A DNA stretch of 64,000 bases from a bacterium UBP13_UBA5359. Its GTDB lineage: Bacteria > UBP13 > UBA5359. Made by a program: the position numbers and the translations under genes. Numbering within the stretch: the stretch's first letter is position 1; the number at the start of each line of letters is the position of its first letter. The notes beneath the pieces were generated by a model. The model was not told the origin of the DNA. It saw nothing but the letters and a program-made list of their open reading frames with translations, and ran no database searches. Positions 41,199 through 51,546 of the stretch are shown piece after piece. The DNA is taken from positions 1 to 64,000 of the forward strand of contig DHPR01000019.1 of assembly GCA_002410925.1 (NCBI GenBank), read 5' to 3'.

Positions 41199-43406
41199 TC
41201 AGGCCAGCGCCTCCTCTATGGAACCTCTCCAGGCACTCTCTATTTTTTCTATCTGCAGATCTATGACCCTGCTTTCATCCAAATCGATAATCAGGTTGCT
41301 TCCGCCTACTGCTCCGATCACCATCAAAGGAACATCATGCTCAGCAGCAAGCTTCATCAGCTTATCCAGCTTCGATGGAGCAAGGGAGACCAGTATCCTC
41401 GATTGAGCCTCGCCAAAGAGAGCATCGTCCTGACGCAATCCGTCAGAGGAGATTTCCACTGATACACCATGACTGCCCTCTGTATTGAAGCAACTTTCAG
41501 CCAATGCAACGGCCAGGCCGCCTTCCGCAATATCATGAGCCGAGGCCAGCAAGCCGGATCGTATAGCCTTCAGACAGCAGGCCTGCAACCTCTTTTCTTT
41601 ATCCAGATCCAGGCTGGGGCATCCGGCTACCCGTCCATGCATGGCTTTGAGATATTCGCTGCCGTCCAGGCCGGGTCCGTTGAAGCCCAGCACGACCACG
41701 GCATCACCGTCATTTTTGAAGAACGAAGTGCACCGGCGCTCGATATCTTCTATAACTCCCAGCACACCGATGGCTGGAGTCGGATAGATAGCTACACCCT
41801 GGCTTTCGTTGTAGAAGCTGACATTTCCGCTGATTACCGGCACTCCAAAGGCACGGCAGGCTGCGCTTATTCCCTCAACCGCCTGGCGGAATTGCCAGAA
41901 TATCTCCGGCTTCTCAGGATTGCCGAAGTTGAGGCAATCGGTAACTGCTGCCGGTTCGGCTCCAGAACAGACTACGTTGCGAGCTGCCTCCGCTACCGCG
42001 ATAGCGCTGCCAGTGTAAGGATCCAGATAACAATAGCGACTGTTACAATCCACAGTAACCGCCAGGCCGCGCCCTGTGCCTTTCAGCCTGAGCACAGACG
42101 CATCGGAACCCGGAAGAACGACGGTATTGATCTGTGCCATATGATCATATTGCCTATAAATGTACTCCTTGCTAGCTATGTTATGCCGTCGAAGCAGTAC
42201 CTCCAGTACAGATTCAAAATCCTCTATTTGGGGCAATTCATCCTTATCAAAATGTTTCACTTGAGCTATATAATCAGGAATTCTGGCCTCCATATAGTAT
42301 ACGGGAGTATCTTCAGCCAAAGACTTGGCCGGAACCTCTGCCGCCAGCTCACCGTTGTCGTAGATACGCACAATACCATCATCAGTCAGCCTACCTATAA
42401 CTACCGCATCAAGGCCCCACTTCTCAAAAATGTCTTTGACTTCATTCTCATGTCCTTTAGCGGCTACCAGTAACATACGCTCCTGGGATTCCGACAGCAT
42501 GATTTCATACGGAGTCATCCCTTCCTCACGACGAGGCACCAGTGAGATATCCACTTCCATGCCGCTGTCGCCCTTGGCCGCCATCTCAGTAGTAGAACAG
42601 GTCAGACCGGCGGCCCCCATATCCTGAATACCTACAATATGTCCGGTATTCAGTGCTTCCAACGTAGCTTCTATTAAAAGCTTCTCTGTGAAGGGATCCC
42701 CCACCTGAGTAGGGGAACGGCGTTCCTCGGATTCATCCGATAACTCCACTGAAGCAAAGGTGGCTCCATGAATACCGTCACGACCGGTCTTGGCTCCCAC
42801 ATACATTACCGAATTGCCGGCACCGCTGGCCGAAGACCGAGCAATCTTATCGCTTTTCACCAACCCGAGGCACATAGCATTGATCAGAGGATTGCCTTCG
42901 TAACAATCGTCAAAATAAACCTCTCCGGCCACGGAGGGCACTCCGATACAATTCCCGTAACCCGCTATGCCAGCCACCGCCCTGTCAAAAAGATAGCGTG
43001 TCCGGGCATCGCTCAATTCCCCAAAACGTAGCGAATTCAATGCAGCCATGGGTCTTGCTCCCATAGTAAAAATATCACGAACAATACCGCCAACACCGGT
43101 AGCAGCCCCTTCATACGGCTCCACGGCACTGGGATGGTTGTGGCTCTCTATCTTCATGACCACAGCCATGCCATCACCAACATCCACAGCGCCTGCATTT
43201 TCGCCGGGACCCTGCAAAACCCGGGGACCGGCGGTCGGGAAGAGCTTCAACACAGGCCGAGAATACTTATAGCCGCAGTGTTCAGACCACATGACGGCAT
43301 ACATGCCCACCTCCGTGTAATTAGGATGGCGACCAAGTATCTCCACTATCTGCGCATACTCGGCATCATTCAATCCCATCTCTCTATATACTTTGGGTTC
43401 AATCAT
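41199..43406 (-). CDS. purL: FGAM synthase subunit PurL (small type)
   Basis: [36 protein letters not shown]. Confidence 0.98.
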   Translation of the reverse strand: MIEPKVYREMGLNDAEYAQIVEILGRHPNYTEVGMYAVMWSEHCGYKYSRPVLKLFPTAGPRVLQGPGENAGAVDVGDGMAVVMKIESHNHPSAVEPYEGAATGVGGIVRDIFTMGARPMAALNSLRFGELSDARTRYLFDRAVAGIAGYGNCIGVPSVAGEVYFDDCYEGNPLINAMCLGLVKSDKIARSSASGAGNSVMYVGAKTGRDGIHGATFASVELSDESEERRSPTQVGDPFTEKLLIEATLEALNTGHIVGIQDMGAAGLTCSTTEMAAKGDSGMEVDISLVPRREEGMTPYEIMLSESQERMLLVAAKGHENEVKDIFEKWGLDAVVIGRLTDDGIVRIYDNGELAAEVPAKSLAEDTPVYYMEARIPDYIAQVKHFDKDELPQIEDFESVLEVLLRRHNIASKEYIYRQYDHMAQINTVVLPGSDASVLRLKGTGRGLAVTVDCNSRYCYLDPYTGSAIAVAEAARNVVCSGAEPAAVTDCLNFGNPEKPEIFWQFRQAVEGISAACRAFGVPVISGNVSFYNESQGVAIYPTPAIGVLGVIEDIERRCTSFFKNDGDAVVVLGFNGPGLDGSEYLKAMHGRVAGCPSLDLDKEKRLQACCLKAIRSGLLASAHDIAEGGLAVALAESCFNTEGSHGVSVEISSDGLRQDDALFGEAQSRILVSLAPSKLDKLMKLAAEHDVPLMVIGAVGGSNLIIDLDESRVIDLQIEKIESAWRGSIEEALA

Positions 43407-43507
43407 TACTCTACCTCTTTTGCAAGAATTATGGCAGAACTCTTAAGTCAGGCACTAAGTATTAGAGTCCGCTTGCAAGTATTACTTCAAGCCTTTATGC
43501 CCCACTT

Positions 43508-44203
43508 TCAAAGCTCCTTCAAGTGCCTCAGCACAGACTCAAAGATGAGCCTGCCGTCGGCTGAAGTCAGGATTTCCTCCGCACTGCGCTCGGGATAAGG
43601 CATCATACCCATGACGTTGCCTTCTCGATTACATATGCCGGCGATATTGCCTAACGAACCATTGGGATTAGCTTCAGCGCTAACCATGCCGTCAGCATCA
43701 CAATAACGGAAGAGAATCTGTCCCTTCTCCTCCATTTCGGCCAGAACCTTCGGATCGACATAATAATTCCCTTCGTCGTGAGCTATGGGAATGCGCAGGA
43801 CCTGCCCGGGGCTACAGGCGTTGGTAAAGGCGCTCTTATTATGCTCAACCTTGAGATGGAGGAATTTGCAGATAAACCGCAGGTTTTTATTACGTTGCAA
43901 CACTCCCGGCAATAACCCGGCTTCCGTCAGCACCTGAAAACCGTTGCATATGCCCATTACCAGCTTGCCGTCAGCTGCAGCCTCTTTCACTGCTCCCATT
44001 ACTGGAGAGTGGCTGGCTATAGCGCCGGCACGCAAATAGTTACCATAAGAGAAACCGCCGGGAAGTATTATGCAATCATATCCATCCACAGAATCGGCTT
44101 CATGCCAGATTAAATCCACCGGCTCTTCCATGACCTGCTCCACCACACGGCAGCAATCACAATCGCAGTTAGAGCCGGGGAAGATTACAACCCCGAATTT
44201 CAT
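43508..44203 (-). CDS. purQ: FGAM synthase glutaminase subunit PurQ with catalytic His replaced by Tyr
   Basis: [28 protein letters not shown] instead of GMMPHPER. Confidence 0.95.
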   Translation of the reverse strand: MKFGVVIFPGSNCDCDCCRVVEQVMEEPVDLIWHEADSVDGYDCIILPGGFSYGNYLRAGAIASHSPVMGAVKEAAADGKLVMGICNGFQVLTEAGLLPGVLQRNKNLRFICKFLHLKVEHNKSAFTNACSPGQVLRIPIAHDEGNYYVDPKVLAEMEEKGQILFRYCDADGMVSAEANPNGSLGNIAGICNREGNVMGMMPYPERSAEEILTSADGRLIFESVLRHLKEL

Positions 44204-44448
44204 GCTTCCGACACCTCATATCTGTACTGCTCGATGACCGTGTTGACCAATAGGCGCTCACACATATCGCGTACAGTCGCTTCAGCCGTTGACCTGTCTG
44301 CCGCTTTCAATTGCAGCTCTATATACCTGCCCATCCGAACATCTTCTACGCCGCTAAAATTCAACGCTTGTAATGCTTTCCGCACTACCTGGCCTTGTGT
44401 GTCAAAAACGCTCTTTTTAAGAGTTATAAAAATCTTTGCCCTATACAT
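44200..44448 (-). CDS. purS: FGAM synthase subunit PurS
   Basis: Size and position between purC and purQ; DTQG and LLVNTVIE variants of DPQG/LLANPVIE. Confidence 0.92.
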   Translation of the reverse strand: MYRAKIFITLKKSVFDTQGQVVRKALQALNFSGVEDVRMGRYIELQLKAADRSTAEATVRDMCERLLVNTVIEQYRYEVSEA

Positions 44449-44539
44449 GAGCCAACTCCTCGCCTTTATTATTTCAAAATATATACAAACTATGTCCAAA
44501 CCCTTAACGTCTCATTGCTTCGGTGCCTTTGCAATAACT

Positions 44540-45424
44540 TTACCCCGGCTCCTTTCCCGTTATCAACCGATAAACCTCTCGATATTTATCTGCCGTATGA
44601 GCTACAACATCCTCCGGCAAACCGGGTGCGGGCGGCTCCTTATCCCAGTTGATCGCCTCCAGGTAATCCCGAACAAACTGCTTGTCATAGCTTTTGGGAG
44701 AACTACCGGGAATATATGCTGCCGGATCCCAGAAGCGCGATGAATCCGGGGTTAGCACTTCGTCTATTATCGTCAGCTCTCCGTCTACCAGCCCGAACTC
44801 AAATTTAGTATCGGCTATAATCACACCACGCTCCAGAGCATAATCTGCCGCATATTGATAGAGAGCCAGACTGATATCTACTATGTGAGAGGTCAGGTCT
44901 TCACTGATAAGAGCTGCCATCCTCTCCCGGCTGATATTCTCATCGTGCCCGCTGTCGGCTTTGAAGGCCGGCGTAAAAATGGGCTGGGGCAACTTGTCGG
45001 CATAGTTTAGTCCGGCTGGCAACGGAATGCCGCAAAGAGTGCCGGCAGATTGATACTCTTTCCAGCCGGATCCGGCCAGATAACCGCGCACCACGCACTC
45101 TATATCCAGGCGTTCCGCTTTTTTAACCAGCATGGAGCGCCCTTTCAGCTGATCGACATAGGCTCGCAACGGTTCAGGATAATCCTCTGTAGAGGCACTG
45201 ATCAAATGGTTAGGCACAATATCCTCAGTTAGCCCGAACCAGAACACAGAAAGTTGAGTAAGGATTTTGCCCTTATCCGGAATCCCTGTAGGCAAAATGG
45301 AATCAAAGGCCGAAATGCGATCGGTAGCTACGATCAACAGTTTCTCTCCCAGATCGTAAACATCCCTGACCTTACCTTTAATAAAGGCGGAATATTCTCT
45401 TATGTCGCTCTGCAGCAATATCAT
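44540..45424 (-). CDS. purC: SAICAR synthase
   Basis: GKVRDVY, TDRISAFD, DTKFEFG, TPDSSRFW, DKQFVR. Confidence 0.98.
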   Translation of the reverse strand: MILLQSDIREYSAFIKGKVRDVYDLGEKLLIVATDRISAFDSILPTGIPDKGKILTQLSVFWFGLTEDIVPNHLISASTEDYPEPLRAYVDQLKGRSMLVKKAERLDIECVVRGYLAGSGWKEYQSAGTLCGIPLPAGLNYADKLPQPIFTPAFKADSGHDENISRERMAALISEDLTSHIVDISLALYQYAADYALERGVIIADTKFEFGLVDGELTIIDEVLTPDSSRFWDPAAYIPGSSPKSYDKQFVRDYLEAINWDKEPPAPGLPEDVVAHTADKYREVYRLITGKEPG

Positions 45425-45426
45425 TA

Positions 45427-46719
45427 TTAAATCCCCAGTCTGTCAAAGATCACATCCAGATGCTTGGTGAAGTAGTTATAATCAAACAAATTATCTATTT
45501 CATCTGCAGATAGATGCTCACGCACTCCAGGATCATTCAGCAGCAGCTCTTTGAACGAGCTGCCGGTCTCCCATGCCTGCATGGCATTCTTTTGTACCAG
45601 CTTATATGCCTCTTCACGCGACATTCCCTTTTCCACCAGCGTCAGCATAGTCCGCTGTGAGAAGACTAATCCATGCGTCTTTTCAAGATTTCTTCTCATA
45701 TTCTCCGGGTAAACAACCAGCTTCTGAAGAATATCCGCAAAGGTACGAAGCATATAATCCAGCAGAATATTGCTGTCCGGCAACACAATACGCTCTATGG
45801 AGGAATTAGCCAGATCACGCTCGTGCCAGGTTACTTCACTTTCCATTACCGGCAGACAATTGGCCCTGACTACCCGTGCCAGGCCGCTGATCTGCTCATC
45901 CACCCAGGGATTACGCTTGTGCGGCATGGCCGAAGAACCGCGTTGCCCCTTGCGGAAGATCTCTTCCACTTCCAATATTTCCGTTCGTTGTAAATTCCTG
46001 ATTTCGGTAGCAAATTTCTCCAGCGATCCGGCTGTAACAGCCAAGGCGGTCATATACTGAGCATGACGATCACGCTGCAGTATCTGTGTGGATATCGGCG
46101 AGGGCTTAAGCCCCAGCTTATCGCAGACTATTCTCTCAACCCGGGGATCGATGTTGGCATAATTGCCTACCGCTCCGGATATCTTGCCGTAGCTGACAAT
46201 CTCACGGGCCTGGCGCATCCGCTCCAGATTCCGCTCCATCTCCGACAGCCAGACACCCAGTTTGAAACCGAAGGTTATCGGCTCGGCATGCACGCCATGC
46301 GTACGCCCGATCATCAAGGTATACTTGTGCTCTGCAGCGCGCTTACGGATGATAGCTATAAGAGCCTCTATATCTGCAATAAGCAGTTCCGCAGATTCCT
46401 TTAAAAGTAAAGAGAGGGCTGTATCGACTACATCGTAGGAAGTTACTCCGTAATGTATATACTTGCCCTCTTCACCAAGATTTTCGGTTACCGCTTTAAT
46501 AAATGCTATGACATCGTGACGGGTCTCTTTCTCTATTTCTTCGACCCTTTGCAAGTTAAAGGCGGCCCTTTCCTTTATCCTGGCCACCGCTTCCCGGGGT
46601 ATCTCCCCCAGTTCCGACCATCCCTCACATATGGCTATCTCTACGTCAAGCCACTTCTGCAGCTTGTTCTGCTGCTCCCAGATGCCCTTCATCTGAGGGC
46701 ATGAGTAGCGCTCTATCAC
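45427..46719 (-). CDS. purB: Adenylosuccinate lyase
   Basis: RHDV, GRTHG, GSSAMPHKRNP. GTG start (MIERYS). Confidence 0.97.
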   Translation of the reverse strand: MIERYSCPQMKGIWEQQNKLQKWLDVEIAICEGWSELGEIPREAVARIKERAAFNLQRVEEIEKETRHDVIAFIKAVTENLGEEGKYIHYGVTSYDVVDTALSLLLKESAELLIADIEALIAIIRKRAAEHKYTLMIGRTHGVHAEPITFGFKLGVWLSEMERNLERMRQAREIVSYGKISGAVGNYANIDPRVERIVCDKLGLKPSPISTQILQRDRHAQYMTALAVTAGSLEKFATEIRNLQRTEILEVEEIFRKGQRGSSAMPHKRNPWVDEQISGLARVVRANCLPVMESEVTWHERDLANSSIERIVLPDSNILLDYMLRTFADILQKLVVYPENMRRNLEKTHGLVFSQRTMLTLVEKGMSREEAYKLVQKNAMQAWETGSSFKELLLNDPGVREHLSADEIDNLFDYNYFTKHLDVIFDRLGI

Positions 46720-46781
46720 TACCTTCCCCCCACTCTTTAATCGGCATGGCAAACAGTCGCCAGCCCTTGATTGCCTTTTGA

Positions 46782-46810
46782 ATTTTAGCATGATACTTCT
46801 TTGCGCGCAA
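46782..46810 (-). promoter_or_regulatory. sigma70 promoter TTGCGC-N17-TAAAAT (extended TG) for the pur operon
   Basis: Read on the minus strand upstream of purB. Confidence 0.55.
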
Positions 46811-46851
46811 GAGATAATGAAAAGCTAATTATCCGCATGATGGAGAAAGCA

Positions 46852-48267
46852 TCATTGCAGCTCTTTCTCCCCTATCTGTGCCAGCAAAGCGTTTATAGGT
46901 TCCATCAAGCGGCACCGTGCCTGTGATGAAACGCCATTTTGCACATACTGCACAGCTGAAACCACTTTGTCTTTCATCTCCGGATTAAAGCCCAGCGCCC
47001 CTTCTATATTAGGTTCAAAGACGAAAAGCCGTCCGGGGCTGCGAGAAGCGGCGATAAGACGGGCATTGGGACCACCCTGCTGTTTGAGACGAAGAAGGAC
47101 GTCAGCCCGTTTACGCCCCTTTCCAGGATGCATATCGGAATCGAATATGGCTACATAAGGAATATCAAAGAATTCCAACACCTCTACCAGCAACGGCATA
47201 TTACCCTTTCCCCCGGCATCGACTATCGATATCTCGATCTCATCGATATCGATACCCTGTGACTGCAGAAAGGGAGGATATAGAAAGCGTTCTGTATCCC
47301 CCTCAACAAGTACCACCCCGCGGGAAAAAAAGAGTTCGTTACGCCGGGAATCAAACTCGCGCAGCAGCATAAATCGCTCATCGGAACTCCAGGTGCTCTT
47401 GAAGTTATGGCGTACTACGGTACCTGCACCCAGTTTACGCCGGACAAGGAAGACATCCTCCGGATACTGAATATCGACAAAATTACTGGAGTGAGTAGCA
47501 TAAAAGATTTGATTGCCGGCCATAGAAAGACCTCTGAGGATACGATAGAAAAAGCGCTCTCTATGAGGATGGAGGAATATCTCCGGTTCTTCAATAGCGA
47601 TAACGGCGCCGGCATTATCCGCATCCTTAACAGCTTTAAGTGCTTCCACCAGCAGGCTGCTCTGGCGGCCGGGACCTGAAACGGCGGCTTCATCGCGCTC
47701 TCTGTCGGCACCAGCGGTAAGACTCTCTGTTTCCAACAGAAACCGGGCCTCGCCATCGATGCCGCCCAGGCGTTCCAGCAATTTACGCAATGCCTTCCAA
47801 TGATCCTCTAAACCATCATTGAGCAAGCTGCGACGGGCATCTATAAAGAGAAAGGGCACCTGTGATCTCGCCTGCAGAAAGAGCTCATGGTCATCCTGAT
47901 TGCAGGCTAATATTTTCCCTTCTTCGTCAAGGCAATCCAGCTGAGGATTCGGCACCTCGCCGGTAGATTGAAGGGGCGGTGAAAAATAGCGCAGGCCCCA
48001 AACAGGGAAGCCACCCTGCCTGCAGCGAAGAGGTGCAGTAAAGAAGAGCTTTACACTTACAGGATGACTGGTATCCCCATCACTGTAATCCTGCGTTGCC
48101 AGAGGCAGCGGACCGCCGTTACCCATTATGAGATTGATAGCCTTAAGTATATTGGTTTTACCGGCGTTATTAGGCCCTATCAGAGCGCAAAGAGATGCCG
48201 GCTCAAGTTCCAGATAGCGCACAGAGCGATAATGTTCGATTATTACTCTGGAAATTATCGTCGCCAT
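46852..48267 (-). CDS. OLD-family ATP-dependent nuclease (ABC ATPase + TOPRIM)
   Basis: GPNNAGKT, IEEPEIFLHP, ATHS, LVEGDTE, FDSD. Confidence 0.9.
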   Translation of the reverse strand: MATIISRVIIEHYRSVRYLELEPASLCALIGPNNAGKTNILKAINLIMGNGGPLPLATQDYSDGDTSHPVSVKLFFTAPLRCRQGGFPVWGLRYFSPPLQSTGEVPNPQLDCLDEEGKILACNQDDHELFLQARSQVPFLFIDARRSLLNDGLEDHWKALRKLLERLGGIDGEARFLLETESLTAGADRERDEAAVSGPGRQSSLLVEALKAVKDADNAGAVIAIEEPEIFLHPHRERFFYRILRGLSMAGNQIFYATHSSNFVDIQYPEDVFLVRRKLGAGTVVRHNFKSTWSSDERFMLLREFDSRRNELFFSRGVVLVEGDTERFLYPPFLQSQGIDIDEIEISIVDAGGKGNMPLLVEVLEFFDIPYVAIFDSDMHPGKGRKRADVLLRLKQQGGPNARLIAASRSPGRLFVFEPNIEGALGFNPEMKDKVVSAVQYVQNGVSSQARCRLMEPINALLAQIGEKELQ

Positions 48268-48412
48268 ACCATAATTACTCCGCTCTCTTTACTTTCAATA
48301 GATAGAATCTATCTATTCCGCAATAAAGCTATGCTGAAAGGCCTGCCATTCCCGGAGAAAGAGAGGCCTTCGCTCTCCTCCATACCTTAAGCCGCGAGCC
48401 ATTCTTGCCGGA

Positions 48413-51400
48413 TCAGTCCTGACTTAGGGCTATTCTGAATGTTCTTATCTCAAACGGTTTTATGCTGAAGCGTATTTCACTGCCGTTATGCTCAACCGCT
48501 CCGGTAGTGCGCTCCAGCAAATCGCATTCACAGGCCTCGGCTATGGCCCGATCAAAGGTCAGCGCAGCCGAGCCTCTGCCGCCATAGGCTTCATAGAGCC
48601 TTACAATGATCCCTTTTCCATCCTCAGCCTGCTTGACGGCATCGACAACCGTGCCCGGGCGGCTGATTTGAAAGAAGGAGCAGGTGCTACCGTTTGTGCC
48701 GATATGTTTGTCGGTCACCAACGCTGTCAAAGGTGCATTCAGCCCATGAGCTGCCTGCAGTGTGCCATTCCTCCAATCTCCGGTATGCGGCAATAAAGAA
48801 TAGGTAAAGAGATGCTTGCCCCTGTCGGCATCCGGATCCGGGCTCTCCGGAGAACGCAACAGCGATAGACGCATAACGTTATCCTTGATATCCCAGCCGT
48901 ATTTGCTGTCATTGAGCAGGCTGACGCCGTAATTCGCCTCGGAGAGATCCGCCCAGCGATGTCCGGGAACTTCAAAGCGGGCCTTATCCCAGCCGGTATT
49001 CCAGTGGGTAGGCCGCTCTATGGCACCGCAGGCTATCTCGTATGTAGCCTTTGAACTATGTACCTCTACAGGGAAAGAGACCTTCAGGAGGGTCTTCCTT
49101 TCCTGCCAGTCAACCCTGTTAATGAAATCTATCCTGGGGCTACAGGCATAAAGAACGATGTCCTGCTCAAGAGTTGATTTGCCGTATTTCAGTTCTTGCC
49201 TGAGAAGAAGACGCACGGGACCCCTTTCCATCACCTGTACAGGCCTGGCAGGAGTAAATGCCCATACTTTGTCCTGATATTGCAACTCTATATCCCAGGC
49301 CTCCCATGCGGTAGGCTTATCCTCGAATACCTGTAACTGATTGGCTCTGCCGCCCTCCGGCAGCACTTCCCGGCTGTTAATGAGATCATACAACCGGGCA
49401 ATGGTGCCGTCCGATGCCATTTCCATCTCATAAAAAGGAGTGCTTATCCTGCCGCCCTCCACTTTAAAAGGCATCTTCGAAGTCTCTTTTTTATCATTGG
49501 GTTCAGCAGCCTCGGTTTCAAGCAATCTATAAACGGCACAGCCGCAGGAGGGCAGGCGGTCAGCCCAAAATACCAGCCTGCCCTCTGCCGACTGGCTGGG
49601 AACCTCTCTTCCATCCGGATCAATAACCACCATATTGCCGCCTGAACCGGCCTCTATGCTTACCATATCGCTTCTTTCCCAGGAAAGGGAATTGAAAATT
49701 ACCACCGGCTGCCCGTCACCGCGGGTATCCAGCCCTGCAGCTATATCTTCCTGAGCCTTGCGACGCAATCTCTCTCCGCTTTCTATGATATTCTCATACT
49801 GCACCCGGGAATCTTTATAGACCTCATTGATGGAGGAGCCGGGTATGATATCATGAAACTGGTTGAGCAGAATTGTCTGCCAGCCGGTTCTTAACTCGTC
49901 TGCCGGATAGGAAGCCTTATGATTCAGCCAGGCAGCTGCACTGCAATACATTTCCGTCTCCCGGTAAAGCAGTTCACTCTTACGGTTGAAACGTTTGTTC
50001 CAGGCCTGGCTGGTATATGTCCCCCGATGCAATTCGAAATAGAGCTCATCCTTCCATACCGGCATATCTTTAGTCTCCGCCGCTATACGGTCAAAGTGAT
50101 CGTGCACCCGCCCGGTGCATGCTCCGGGCAGTCCGGGAATGTCAGTCAAACGCGGCAAATACTCCAGCATCTCCCGGGTGGGCCCGCCGCCGCCATCGCC
50201 ATGGCCGTAGGAAGAGAGCACTTCCGGGCAGCTCCTCTTCGAGTTATAGCTATCCCAGAATTGCTGCATCTCTTTCGGCGTAACCAGAGCGTTATAGGTA
50301 CCGTGAATAAGCTGGGTAAATATCCTGGTGCCGTCTATACCCTGCCACCAGAAGGTGTTATGGGGAAAGCGGTTGGTATCGTTCCAGCTTATCTTGGAGG
50401 TCATGAAGTATTCCAGACCGCTCTTTCTATATATCTGCGGCATAGCCCAACTGTAGCCGAAAACATCGGGCAGCCAGCCCACCCTGACGTCCACTCCGAA
50501 CTCTTCTTTGAAGAAACGCTGTGCATAGAGAGATTGGCGTATCAGCGATTCTCCGGATACCAGGTTGCAGTCATTCTCTACCCAGGTGCCGCCTATAGGT
50601 TCGAAGCGCCCTTCTGCAATACGCTGCTTTACTCTGGCATAAACAGTAGGAAAATGCTCCTTAAGATAGAGAAAAAGCGGTACCTGGCTGCAGACAAAAT
50701 AATAATCAGGATATTCATCCATCAGCGCCATTACCGTGGAATATGTTCTGCCTACTTTCCGAGCCGTCTCTTTAAGTGGCCACAACCAGGCTACATCTAT
50801 ATGAGAATGTCCGGCAAAGAATATCTTGCCGGGATTGTCGGCAAAACATATCTGCGATAGCTTCTCTTGCAAAGCATTTGAGGCTGCCTCCAGTTCCTCT
50901 CGGAAAGACGGAAGAGTCTTGTCCCTGAAATCCACGCCATGAAGGGCCTCTTTCATAGCCGCAAGAATAGCTTCCTGCAGCAACAAATTCGGCTGAGTTA
51001 TCGCCGCCTCATGAATTACCTTGAAATTATACCAAAGATGCTCCATAGCCTCATCGATGGCGATCAATCGAGCTGAGGAGAGTATATACGGTTTCCGGGA
51101 ATCCTGCACGACGTATTCACAATAATCCCCGGGCTTTAGCTCTATCAAGCAGTCATACTGTTCATCTCCCCTGGCCGTTGCTGCCAGCAGGATATAGCCG
51201 CGATTATCATCCACGCCATGAAACGGTTCCCCGTTGATCGACAGCAACCCTTCGCCCCCGGTCAGAAGTTCCAGGCCTATTCTCTCTCCTTTCCATTCCG
51301 GCGGCACGGTTATTTTACGCCGCATAAAAAGAGTCTGCCCCTGTCTGCCCCAGATATCCCCGATATTAAGGGTTTTCCATCGATCATCAAAATATTCATA

Positions 51401-51523
51401 TCGCTCCGGCCCCAGATGCCTGGCAGCCCGCATCTCCCAGCCATCCAGTTCCAGGCTACGGCTTACGACACCACTTGCTATCTCCTCCAGGCGAACCTTG
51501 ATAATATCTTTCAACTCAGCCAT
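48413..51523 (-). CDS. GH38 alpha-mannosidase
   Basis: GHSHIDVAWLW, WLPDVFGY, GHGDGGGG, HRGTYTSQ, NQFHDIIPGS. Confidence 0.96.
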   Translation of the reverse strand: MAELKDIIKVRLEEIASGVVSRSLELDGWEMRAARHLGPERYEYFDDRWKTLNIGDIWGRQGQTLFMRRKITVPPEWKGERIGLELLTGGEGLLSINGEPFHGVDDNRGYILLAATARGDEQYDCLIELKPGDYCEYVVQDSRKPYILSSARLIAIDEAMEHLWYNFKVIHEAAITQPNLLLQEAILAAMKEALHGVDFRDKTLPSFREELEAASNALQEKLSQICFADNPGKIFFAGHSHIDVAWLWPLKETARKVGRTYSTVMALMDEYPDYYFVCSQVPLFLYLKEHFPTVYARVKQRIAEGRFEPIGGTWVENDCNLVSGESLIRQSLYAQRFFKEEFGVDVRVGWLPDVFGYSWAMPQIYRKSGLEYFMTSKISWNDTNRFPHNTFWWQGIDGTRIFTQLIHGTYNALVTPKEMQQFWDSYNSKRSCPEVLSSYGHGDGGGGPTREMLEYLPRLTDIPGLPGACTGRVHDHFDRIAAETKDMPVWKDELYFELHRGTYTSQAWNKRFNRKSELLYRETEMYCSAAAWLNHKASYPADELRTGWQTILLNQFHDIIPGSSINEVYKDSRVQYENIIESGERLRRKAQEDIAAGLDTRGDGQPVVIFNSLSWERSDMVSIEAGSGGNMVVIDPDGREVPSQSAEGRLVFWADRLPSCGCAVYRLLETEAAEPNDKKETSKMPFKVEGGRISTPFYEMEMASDGTIARLYDLINSREVLPEGGRANQLQVFEDKPTAWEAWDIELQYQDKVWAFTPARPVQVMERGPVRLLLRQELKYGKSTLEQDIVLYACSPRIDFINRVDWQERKTLLKVSFPVEVHSSKATYEIACGAIERPTHWNTGWDKARFEVPGHRWADLSEANYGVSLLNDSKYGWDIKDNVMRLSLLRSPESPDPDADRGKHLFTYSLLPHTGDWRNGTLQAAHGLNAPLTALVTDKHIGTNGSTCSFFQISRPGTVVDAVKQAEDGKGIIVRLYEAYGGRGSAALTFDRAIAEACECDLLERTTGAVEHNGSEIRFSIKPFEIRTFRIALSQD

Positions 51524-51546
51524 CTGCTTCCCCCTGAAATTTATAA

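Noticed and set aside
37946-46719. purD, purE, purK and purH missing from the pur cluster
   Set aside because: Split pur operons are common, and absence cannot be judged from one window.
46720-46851. Purine or ZTP riboswitch upstream of purB
   Set aside because: The predicted leader is short and I see no recognisable aptamer motifs.
32218-48267. OLD nuclease plus UvrD helicase as a Gabija system
   Set aside because: The helicase is full-length housekeeping PcrA linked to ligA and lies more than 12 kb away.
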